Source of the DNA: Patescibacteria group bacterium | GTDB taxonomy: Bacteria; Patescibacteriota; Patescibacteriia; 2-01-FULL-39-33 | NCBI GenBank assembly: GCA_041662745.1 | Contig: JBAZRV010000006.1 | Coordinates: 1-32,000, forward strand | Direction of reading: 5' to 3' | DNA: 32,000 nucleotides | Shown: positions 1-6,026 of the stretch, piece by piece | How positions within the stretch are numbered: position 1 is the stretch's first letter | Layout of the letters: each line of letters begins with the position of its first letter | Position numbers and translations under genes: made by a program | The notes under the pieces: generated by a model | Told to the model about the DNA's origin: nothing | Database searches by the model: none | The model's input: the letters and a program-made list of their open reading frames with translations, nothing else

Positions 1-65
1 GGCAATTTCTCAAAAAGCTCATTGGAAGTTGTTCTCAGCCGTCTGGCCAATTCTGATACATTCAT
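1..65 (-). CDS. Possible 5' end (about 21 codons) of a gene that runs out of the window. The N-terminus MNVSELARRLRTTSNELFEKL resembles the IF2_N-type helix at the start of translation initiation factor IF-2.
   Basis: The reverse complement of 1-65 begins with ATG (63-65 on +) and stays open to the window edge. The resemblance to IF-2 N-termini is from memory. No obvious SD upstream. Confidence 0.3.
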   Translation of the reverse strand, partial: MNVSELARRLRTTSNELFEKL

Positions 66-249
66 TATATTTAAGTTAAAAGTTTATAAGATCTGTAAAA
101 TCAATCCATAAAAGCAAAGGTTTTGTATGAAATCAAAGGCCTTCGAATCAAAATAATTGCATAAAACTGCTTTAACCATAACAAAATAAGCCAAAAAAAT
201 CAAGCCAACGGGTGACTTGACGTAATTGAAATTTATTGTCAGATGATTT

Positions 250-286
250 ATAGTAAACAAAGACCCAGCCGACAAAGCCGGCTGGG
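250..286 (-). terminator. Rho-independent terminator downstream of the 114-aa minus-strand gene
   Basis: The stem CCCAGCCG (264-271) pairs with CGGCTGGG (279-286). On the minus strand it is followed by TCTTTGTTT. Confidence 0.6.
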
Positions 287-321
287 CGTGAAATGTTCAT
301 TGAAATGCGTTATGAAATGCG

Positions 322-666
322 TTAGATGTGACCGAAAACCAGAGTGTTCCAGCCATCTTCCGGGATTTCTCCGGCCCAAAGGAAAGAGAACGATCTGTCT
401 CCAAGCACGGCATTATAAACTTCATCAACGCAATTGGAGACGGCTTCTTCGTTGGCACCGGCCACGATAAATCGCAAAGGCTGGCCCCAACGCCTGTTGA
501 TGGAGTCACCGCCGATGGTTACCGCATGCTCAGCGGCTTCATACATAAGAAAAGCGTGGTCGCCGTGGCGCATAACCCCGGCTAATCCCTCCAACTCATC
601 CTGTTCATCAGGATTGCTCGCAATAATTACTAACTGTTTTTCTTCCGGATCATAAATCGCTTTCAT
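322..666 (-). CDS. Hypothetical protein, 114 aa, acidic, no domain recognised
   Basis: Longest ORF at this locus. A strong SD (AAGGAGATAAGAAATC-ATG on the minus strand) precedes it and a terminator follows it. Confidence 0.75.
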   Translation of the reverse strand: MKAIYDPEEKQLVIIASNPDEQDELEGLAGVMRHGDHAFLMYEAAEHAVTIGGDSINRRWGQPLRFIVAGANEEAVSNCVDEVYNAVLGDRSFSFLWAGEIPEDGWNTLVFGHI

Positions 667-771
667 GATTTCTTATCTCCTTGGTCCTTGACCCCTTAAT
701 CTGCTTTAGCTTTATTTGATTGGAACGAACGATAAACCATTATACCTTAAATAATTAACTTTGTCAACAGT

Positions 772-1599
772 GTGTCCACATCACAACCAGCCGTCATTCT
801 GGACGGCAAAAAAATCGCCGCTGAAATCCTCTTGGCTATCAGAAAACAAATCATTGAGGCCGGCCTACAACCGGGCTTGGCCGCTATTTTAGTCGGCAAC
901 GACCCGGCCTCGGAAATGTACGTCCGACTGAAAGAAAAAGCCTGCCTTAACGTCGGCATCAACTTTCATAAGTACTTGGGCGGCAATGAAATTCTGCAAG
1001 ACTTTGATGAAACGGAATTAACCGAATTGATTGGATTCCTCAATCGCGACGAGCAAATTGACGGCATCTTGTTGCAACTGCCCTTGCCCGAAGGATTTGA
1101 TCAAAACAAGATAATCAAGCTGATAGCGCCGGAAAAAGACGCTGACGGTTTCAACGGCGGACCGGTAACTCCGCCGACTGTCGCCGCCATTATTGAACTG
1201 CTAAAAGCGACGGGAGAAAATCTAACCGATAAAAAAACTTTAATCATCGGCAAAAGTGATGTCTTTACCGGAGGAATAGAAAAATATTTGAAACAAGAGA
1301 CGGGAATCAAGAAAATAAGCGTTTCATCATCCCTGCCTGATAATTCCGCCGATTTTGACATTGTTATTATCGCCCTGGGCCGAGCGCATGCCCTAAGCGG
1401 CTCTCAAGTGAAAACCGGCGCCATCGTTATTGATGTCGGCATAAATAAATATGACGGCCAAACCGTCGGCGATGCCGATCCGTCCGTCGCCAAGGTCGCC
1501 GGCTGGCTATCGCCCGTGCCCGGCGGCGTCGGTCCGCTTACCGTCGCCTGCCTGCTAAGGAATGTTCTTGAATTGGCGAAAAAGAATCGGGAGAAATAA
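772..1599 (+). CDS. folD: Bifunctional 5,10-methylenetetrahydrofolate dehydrogenase / methenyl-THF cyclohydrolase
   Basis: The translation shows the FolD pattern: ILDGKKIAAEI, GLAAILVGNDPASEMYVRLKEKAC, DGILLQLPLP, DADGF, PVPGGVGPLTVACLL. GTG start at 772, with no SD. Confidence 0.93.
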   Translation: MSTSQPAVILDGKKIAAEILLAIRKQIIEAGLQPGLAAILVGNDPASEMYVRLKEKACLNVGINFHKYLGGNEILQDFDETELTELIGFLNRDEQIDGILLQLPLPEGFDQNKIIKLIAPEKDADGFNGGPVTPPTVAAIIELLKATGENLTDKKTLIIGKSDVFTGGIEKYLKQETGIKKISVSSSLPDNSADFDIVIIALGRAHALSGSQVKTGAIVIDVGINKYDGQTVGDADPSVAKVAGWLSPVPGGVGPLTVACLLRNVLELAKKNREK

Positions 1600-1698
1600 T
1601 TTTTTGTTTTATTATTTCCGCATCAAGTCGCATAAATATTGCCAGGACAATAGTTACCAAACACGACAGATAAACAAATTTTCCCGCCCACGCAGTAA

Positions 1699-1749
1699 CA
1701 AAAAAAATAAAAATAAATCGCCGTCCCAACTTGTTACAGTCGGGACGGC
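1699..1749 (-). terminator. Rho-independent terminator of the GC-rich minus-strand gene. The same hairpin may also stop folD transcription.
   Basis: An 11-bp stem with one mismatch (1720-1730 with 1739-1749) has the loop TTGTTACA. On the minus strand it is followed by GATTTATTTTTATTTTTTTT. Confidence 0.75.
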
Positions 1750-1763
1750 TTTAAATGTGCAGG

Positions 1764-2231
1764 CTACTTCTTGTTGCCGAAGCCGAGGAAGCCGGCCAAG
1801 CGCTTGTGCCACGGCAACTTCTTTACCGCGAGCCCGGCGTTGGCCGCGGCCTGCCGTCGCTCGTGTTCCTGACGATTGGCCGAGGCGACATCGTCCAGGA
1901 TCTGCTCCATCGCCTTCGGGCCGACCGTCGCCAGCGTCTCCTTGAGAACGGGGGCGATGCCGCCGGATGCTGGCTTCTTCAACGCGCGATTCGGATCGGG
2001 CCGAGGACGCCATCCCGCCGGTTTGGTGGGAGTGGATTCATTCGCCTCAAACGCCTTTTGCAACGAGAGAAGCGACATCGTAGTGGCCGGCGCCCCGTTG
2101 ACCGAAGCCAAGACGAGATGCGAGCACCACACCGGCACCGGCAAATCGTTTCGCCGAAAAAACCGTCGAGCCGTCCGCCGTTGCTGAGCATTGCCACCAT
2201 GATTTTCAGGAGCGCGGTCTTTCTTCAACAT
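1764..2231 (-). CDS. Orphan Ala/Arg/Pro/Gly-rich protein, 155 aa, on a GC-rich island
   Basis: This is the only frame here with an SD (GGTAGGAGAAGAACT-ATG). Third codon positions are mostly G/C. It has its own consensus promoter and terminator. The other long ORFs in this interval look like high-GC shadow frames. Confidence 0.65.
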   Translation of the reverse strand: MLKKDRAPENHGGNAQQRRTARRFFRRNDLPVPVWCSHLVLASVNGAPATTMSLLSLQKAFEANESTPTKPAGWRPRPDPNRALKKPASGGIAPVLKETLATVGPKAMEQILDDVASANRQEHERRQAAANAGLAVKKLPWHKRLAGFLGFGNKK

Positions 2232-2386
2232 AGTTCTTCTCCTACCGATCGGCTTAGCCGTCGGCTTTCTGCTCCTTATTCAGGAGTTCCGTTGCCCCTT
2301 ATTCAGGGGAGATGCGAATCGGCGAGAACTGTGGGTTCCGACCGAGTTGTGAATGATCCGACATTTCCATTACCTCTTATCGCTAA
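2232..2386 (-). promoter_or_regulatory. Structured ~155-nt 5' leader with twin hairpins (CCCC-UGAAUAA-GGGG and CUCC-UGAAUAA-GGAG) and a third hairpin just before the SD
   Basis: The + strand palindromes CTCCTTATTCAGGAG (2272-2286) and CCCCTTATTCAGGGG (2295-2309) have identical loops and a compensatory stem change. A CCGA..GGC-TAA-GCC..TCGG hairpin lies at about 2243-2262. Confidence 0.55.
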
Positions 2387-2392
2387 TATACC

Positions 2393-2421
2393 ATTATAGC
2401 ATACCTATAAAATTTTGTCAA
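2393..2421 (-). promoter_or_regulatory. Consensus sigma70-type promoter for the GC-rich gene
   Basis: The minus strand reads TTGACA (2421-2416), a 17-nt spacer, then TATAAT (2398-2393), with TG at the extended -10 position. Confidence 0.7.
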
Positions 2422-2707
2422 GGAATTTATCCACATAATAACTCTTAACATATCACATATTAGCTAAATTTAAACAAGATAAAATCAAGCTAAAAAACCA
2501 TTTACCTAAAATAAGCTAAAACGCAATAATAAAATCATTAAATCTCTTGACAGATTTTTTATTCAAAATTTTTCCCCGGATCAACCAAGCGAAGAAAAAA
2601 ATTTCAATTTCTGATTTTCGATTTTTTACCCTCATTTGCCCTATTTTATCCCCAATTAATTTGCTCTAAATTTAAACAAAAAACAGCTATTTTAAACACT
2701 CCGGCTA

Positions 2708-2736
2708 TTGACAAACTAATCTTGATGTGATACAAT
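2708..2736 (+). promoter_or_regulatory. Sigma70-type promoter for the lytic-transglycosylase-like gene
   Basis: TTGACA (2708-2713), a 17-nt spacer, then TACAAT (2731-2736) with an upstream TG. Confidence 0.7.
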
Positions 2737-2754
2737 GGTTAATCCTGAACACGA

Positions 2755-2784
2755 GGTCACCCAATATGATAGGGTGATTTTTTG
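2755..2784 (+). promoter_or_regulatory. Terminator-like leader hairpin plus T-tract between the promoter and the start codon
   Basis: GGTCACCC (2755-2762) pairs with GGGTGATT (2772-2779) and is followed by TTTTTTG. It lies about 20 nt upstream of the ATG at 2804. Confidence 0.4.
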
Positions 2785-2803
2785 TTGGGGCTAACCATCA
2801 TTT

Positions 2804-3352
2804 ATGAACAAAAAAACAATCCAAAAAAATTCGCTTGTCTTAGGAGGATTAGTCTTTTTATTGCAGTTCTCTCTGATGCCTATGGCGCAGGCCGCCGGCC
2901 TGTTTGACCAAGGAGAAATCGCCTATGCTACTGCCGCCACCTCGGCCGAACCCGTCATTTATAACCATGATCGTGAAGATAACGTGATCGTCAAGGTAAC
3001 TAAAACCGTTGAGGACACCATCGCCCTGAACAAGGTTATTGACGAACCTGAACCGACCGTAGAGCAGGTCAAGGAGTATGTTTTAAACGAGGCCAAGAAA
3101 GCCGGTTTAAACCCCCGTGAAGTCGCGGCGATTGTTAACTGCGAATCCCGCTGGGATTATAAAGTGGTCTCTAAGCCCAACTATAACGGCACCAAAGATA
3201 TGGGTTTGTGGCAGATTAATTCTATCCATAAGAATATTTCTGACGCTGACAAGTTGGATTTTAAAGCCGCTACCAAATGGGCTATCGCCAAGCGTTTGGA
3301 CGATGGCAGTTGGTCGGCTTGGTCTTGCGCCAAAATTTTGGCCATCAGATAA
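2804..3352 (+). CDS. Secreted lysozyme-like / lytic transglycosylase (SLT, GH23-like) domain protein
   Basis: N-terminal signal peptide (LVLGGLVFLLQFSLMPMAQA). C-terminal catalytic-type motif AAIVNCESRWD...DMGLWQINSIH. Confidence 0.8.
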   Translation: MNKKTIQKNSLVLGGLVFLLQFSLMPMAQAAGLFDQGEIAYATAATSAEPVIYNHDREDNVIVKVTKTVEDTIALNKVIDEPEPTVEQVKEYVLNEAKKAGLNPREVAAIVNCESRWDYKVVSKPNYNGTKDMGLWQINSIHKNISDADKLDFKAATKWAIAKRLDDGSWSAWSCAKILAIR

Positions 3353-3381
3353 CCCGACTCCGCCAATCAGCGAATGGATAA

Positions 3382-3409
3382 AACACCTCCGAACAGGGGT
3401 GTTTTATTT
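3382..3409 (+). terminator. Rho-independent terminator
   Basis: ACACCTC (3382-3388) pairs with GGGGTGT (3395-3401) and is followed by TTTTATTTT. Confidence 0.7.
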
Positions 3410-3421
3410 TAACGGCATCGG

Positions 3422-3450
3422 TTGAAATCCGGCCGATAATTTGTTACAAT
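3422..3450 (+). promoter_or_regulatory. Sigma70-type promoter for tRNA-Cys
   Basis: TTGAAA, a 17-nt spacer, then TACAAT with an extended TG. It ends 14 nt before the tRNA 5' end. Confidence 0.7.
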
Positions 3451-3463
3451 CTAAATACTTGCC

Positions 3464-3535
3464 GGTCTGGTAGCCAAGTGGTAAGGCGACGGTCTGCAAA
3501 ACCGTTATTCGGGGGTTCGATCCCCCCCCAGACCT
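3464..3535 (+). tRNA. tRNA-Cys (anticodon GCA), 72 nt, CCA not encoded
   Basis: Hand-folded cloverleaf. Acceptor GGTCTGG/CCAGACC. Anticodon stem ACGGT/ACCGT with loop CTGCAAA. T arm GGGGG-TTCGATC-CCCCC. Discriminator U73, as expected for tRNA-Cys. Confidence 0.93.
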
Positions 3536-3547
3536 TTTTTAAATTTT
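3522..3547 (+). repeat. Direct repeat copy 1 (CCCCCCCCAGACCTTTTTTAAATTTT). It covers the last 13 nt of the tRNA-Cys acceptor end (discriminator excluded) plus the 13 nt that follow.
   Basis: An exact 26-nt match to 3671-3696. Confidence 0.9.
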
Positions 3548-3670
3548 ACGGGGAGATCGAACAGGTTGGCAGTGAGGCAAGCGCGAGAGCGCGTAGCCGA
3601 ACGCCGATAGGCGCGACTATGGGAGCGCCTAGCGCCAACCCAGGACAAGCATTGCGAGAGCGATGCGCGA
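3548..3670 (+). ncRNA. GC-rich, hairpin-rich 123-nt insert bracketed by the duplicated tRNA 3' end. It is either a candidate co-transcribed small RNA or the footprint of an integrated element.
   Basis: Two GAGA-tetraloop hairpins: GCGC-GAGA-GCGC at 3581-3592 and GCATTGC-GAGA-GCGATGC at 3648-3665. Also TAGGCGC...GCGCCTA (3608-3631) and a GGTTGG/CCAACC closing helix (3564-3569 with 3635-3640). No strong terminator lies between the tRNA and this segment. Confidence 0.4.
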
Positions 3671-3696
3671 CCCCCCCCAGACCTTTTTTAAATTTT
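3671..3696 (+). repeat. Direct repeat copy 2 (duplicate of the tRNA-Cys 3' end plus flank)
   Basis: An exact 26-nt match to 3522-3547. Confidence 0.9.
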
Positions 3697-3709
3697 CAGA
3701 CTTTTTAGA

Positions 3710-3735
3710 CTGCCCGGGCAAACGGGCAGTTTTTT
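3710..3735 (+). terminator. Rho-independent terminator closing the tRNA-Cys / insert transcription unit
   Basis: CTGCCCG (3710-3716) pairs with CGGGCAG (3723-3729) and is followed by TTTTTT. Confidence 0.8.
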
Positions 3736-3867
3736 CTTGACAAAACCCTTGACAGAATGCAGTGATTATGATAAGATGCCTTATCAAGTTCTTTGACAAT
3801 AAGTTATTTGACATTGCTGACAACGGCGCGCCAAACAAACAACAGGGCTTAGCCCAAGGAGACAGCC

Positions 3868-4305
3868 ATGCTACTGCATCAATTAAAAAGCGAGACGGAC
3901 GGTCAATCTGCCACTATAGGCATCAGATGGTGCCTGTCGCCGGAAGAAATTAAACGCCTAAAATCAAATGATAGGGAAGCGAAAATCATTATCACCGTCC
4001 TCCACATCCGACAACGCTATGGTGAATACAGCTATGTGGAGGAAAGCCGAAAAGTTTTGCCGATAACCGCGGCAAGCACCTTTATCAGTTTCCGCAATCC
4101 CGGACGGCACGTCATTTGCGCCGGCATTTTGGATACTGATTGCTATTCGCCGGAGGTTTGTTTGTCAGTATACCGGCACCATTCCGGTTACAACTCTTAT
4201 GACAAATCAATCATAAGTACTTCTATCGCTTTTATAGGAGACGGGACGACCGAGGGTATCGGCATGCGTACCTGTTTGCTTCTTATGCCGGCCAGTTTGG
4301 CCTAG
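3868..4305 (+). CDS. Hypothetical protein, 145 aa, no domain recognised
   Basis: Strong SD (CCAAGGAGACAGCC-ATG). The upstream region carries several TTGACA motifs. It is the first gene of a two-gene unit. Confidence 0.7.
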   Translation: MLLHQLKSETDGQSATIGIRWCLSPEEIKRLKSNDREAKIIITVLHIRQRYGEYSYVEESRKVLPITAASTFISFRNPGRHVICAGILDTDCYSPEVCLSVYRHHSGYNSYDKSIISTSIAFIGDGTTEGIGMRTCLLLMPASLA

Positions 4306-4317
4306 CTTGAAGTTGAT

Positions 4318-5037
4318 GTGGATGAAAAATCATTCGCCCCGAAACCCCGGGATTACAAGCTGGTCCAATATTGGTACGATACCAAACCCCTTGACCAATG
4401 CCACCACCGGAAACGCCGTTTCGTAGCATACCTGCTAACCCTCACCGTATTGCCACTGATGCAAATCGCGAAGGTATTAGGTTTCATGTTCGGCAATGTC
4501 GTTGTCGGCCTGACACTGATAAATTGGCGCAGTATTTTCAAGCCATTCACTTATGGCGCCTATTGCGGTCAACGTTACTGGAAAGTATCCGACTATGCCG
4601 ATAAGAACGGGGGAATAAAAGCAAAAAAATGGTGGCGGGCCTTATTGAACTGGCGACTGATTATCATTTACGGTTTGCTCGCCTATTCATTAACAATTCT
4701 CTTTGCTTATATCGCCCCCTATCTGCTGCCGCTGCTTGCAATTCTCAGTTGTTTAGCTCTTTTGGTTTTTTTAGCGGTCGTAATCATTTATCTGTTAAAC
4801 AAGTCCGGATCAACGTCAGCATCCAGACGGTTTGGCCGAATGAGAAAAACCGAACAAAAACTTAAGAAAAAAAATGAACTGCTAAGGCAAAGACAGAACC
4901 GGGAGTTGGAACAGATAGCCTGTTACTTGTTACCGGAAGAAATCAGCTATGCCACCCTGCCCAAGGAAAAGAAAACCGTTCATTTGCGTTTCCAACATCT
5001 GAAATCAACAGTCTGCCGTCCCTTCGCCGGCAGTTGA
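4318..5037 (+). CDS. Hypothetical integral membrane protein, 239 aa, with several TM helices and a charged coiled-coil-like C-terminal tail
   Basis: GTG start 13 nt after the upstream stop. Hydrophobic segments (FVAYLLTLTVLPLMQIA..., LIIIYGLLAYSLTILFAYIAPYLLPLLAILSCLALLVFLAVVIIYLL) are followed by a KTEQKLKKKNELLRQRQNRELEQ tail. A terminator follows. Confidence 0.75.
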   Translation: MDEKSFAPKPRDYKLVQYWYDTKPLDQCHHRKRRFVAYLLTLTVLPLMQIAKVLGFMFGNVVVGLTLINWRSIFKPFTYGAYCGQRYWKVSDYADKNGGIKAKKWWRALLNWRLIIIYGLLAYSLTILFAYIAPYLLPLLAILSCLALLVFLAVVIIYLLNKSGSTSASRRFGRMRKTEQKLKKKNELLRQRQNRELEQIACYLLPEEISYATLPKEKKTVHLRFQHLKSTVCRPFAGS

Positions 5038-5058
5038 TCAATCTTCTTCGCACCTTTA

Positions 5059-5086
5059 CCCTGCGTCTCACAACGCAGGGTTTTTT
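5059..5086 (+). terminator. Rho-independent terminator
   Basis: CCCTGCGT (5059-5066) pairs with ACGCAGGG (5073-5080) and is followed by TTTTTTGTTT. Confidence 0.8.
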
Positions 5087-5100
5087 GTTTATTCCGATTA

Positions 5101-5109
5101 TGCTATATT
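5101..5109 (+). promoter_or_regulatory. Extended -10 promoter element (TGcTATATT) placed so that the downstream gene would be leaderless or nearly so
   Basis: TATATT at 5104-5109 is preceded by TG. The ATG at 5118 lies 8 nt downstream and has no SD. Confidence 0.45.
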
Positions 5110-5117
5110 AATGGCAT

Positions 5118-6026
5118 ATGCCGTTAACCGCCTTGGAGCAAGCTGTTCTAAAAACTCTGGTTTATTTTTCTGTCATTGACTATCCTTTGGCTCTTTTGGA
5201 AATCAAAAAGTTCCTGGCCCTGCCAGCCACCCTATCGGACGTGTTTTCGGCTTTAAACGGCGCCGGTCTGCAACCGTTTGTCAGTCATAACCGCGGCTTA
5301 TACTGTTTGACCGTCGACCAACGCTTGCCGGCCTTGCGGCTCAAGCGCTACCGCCTGTCAATTGCCAAACTTAAACGGGCCGAATTCTGGACGCGCCTGA
5401 TCGCCCGATTGCCTTATGTCAAAGCCGTGGCCGTTTACAGCTCGCTGGCCATAAAGAACTCTGATTCGGAAAGCGACATTGATCTGTTTATCATCGCCAG
5501 TAGCGGTCGCCTGTGGACCGCCAGATTCTTCGTCAATTCATTCTTAAAGTTTTTCCGTTTGCGGCCGCAAGGCGAAAACGCCAAAGACAAATTCTGCGCC
5601 AGCTACTTTATCGGCGAAGAAAACCTGTCCTTGTCCAGGGTCAATCTGCCGGAATGTTTTCTGCCCTACTATGAAAGCGCGACCTTCCTGTTTGTCGCCG
5701 GCGACAGAATCATCACAAAACAATTTTTCTCCGCCAACGGCTGGCTTAAGGCCAAACTGCCCAATTGGCAACCGCCGCTGGCGCCGACGCTGAAAAAAAT
5801 CGGCCGACTGCTGAAGGGTTTGATGGAATTCAAGACGGGACTGATTCCCGAGAGATACTACAAAAATTGGCAATGGCGAATCATGCCGCAAAAATACTTT
5901 GACGCCTGCGATGGCCGTAATGTCATATTGGAGCCGGCTCTGATCAAACTTCATTTGCAGGATAAACGGCAAAGCTATTGCCGATCATTTCAAAAAAAAT
6001 TAAATTCGCTCGCCAACCATGCTTAA
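5118..6026 (+). CDS. Nucleotidyltransferase-fold (Pol-beta-like NTase) domain protein, 302 aa
   Basis: A motif consistent with an NTase G/S...DxD signature: YSSLAIKNSDSESDIDLFIIASS. The ORF overlaps the next gene by 8 nt. Confidence 0.7.
   Translation: MPLTALEQAVLKTLVYFSVIDYPLALLEIKKFLALPATLSDVFSALNGAGLQPFVSHNRGLYCLTVDQRLPALRLKRYRLSIAKLKRAEFWTRLIARLPYVKAVAVYSSLAIKNSDSESDIDLFIIASSGRLWTARFFVNSFLKFFRLRPQGENAKDKFCASYFIGEENLSLSRVNLPECFLPYYESATFLFVAGDRIITKQFFSANGWLKAKLPNWQPPLAPTLKKIGRLLKGLMEFKTGLIPERYYKNWQWRIMPQKYFDACDGRNVILEPALIKLHLQDKRQSYCRSFQKKLNSLANHA

Noticed and set aside
84-275. 63-aa minus-strand ORF in the AT-rich region at the window start
   Set aside because: Low-complexity hydrophobic translation from AT-rich DNA. 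It has no SD and overlaps the terminator hairpin of the 114-aa gene. Probably non-coding spacer.
243-655. Plus-strand ORFs (243-470, 328-585, 434-655) and the 297-509 minus-strand ORF, all overlapping the 114-aa gene
   Set aside because: These are antisense or out-of-frame shadows of 322-666 (-), which alone has a strong SD and a terminator.
1654-2399. Multiple long overlapping ORFs on both strands of the GC-rich island (1755-2399 +, 1562-1945 +, 1876-2187 +, 1654-2013 -, 1979-2200 -)
   Set aside because: High-GC DNA generates stop-free shadow frames. These frames give Arg/Pro/Ser-rich nonsense-like peptides and lack SDs. They conflict with the promoter, SD and terminator geometry that supports 1764-2231 (-).
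2427-2653. Replication origin (oriC), suggested by a perfect DnaA box in a 400-bp AT-rich spacer
   Set aside because: Only one perfect and one or two imperfect boxes. There is no dnaA/dnaN context and no clear DnaA-box cluster or DUE pattern. Kept only as a low-interest note.
3478-3708. 76-aa ORF spanning the tRNA-Cys body and the GC-rich insert
   Set aside because: It starts inside a well-folding tRNA gene and has no SD. The sequence is better explained as RNA: the tRNA plus a hairpin-rich insert.
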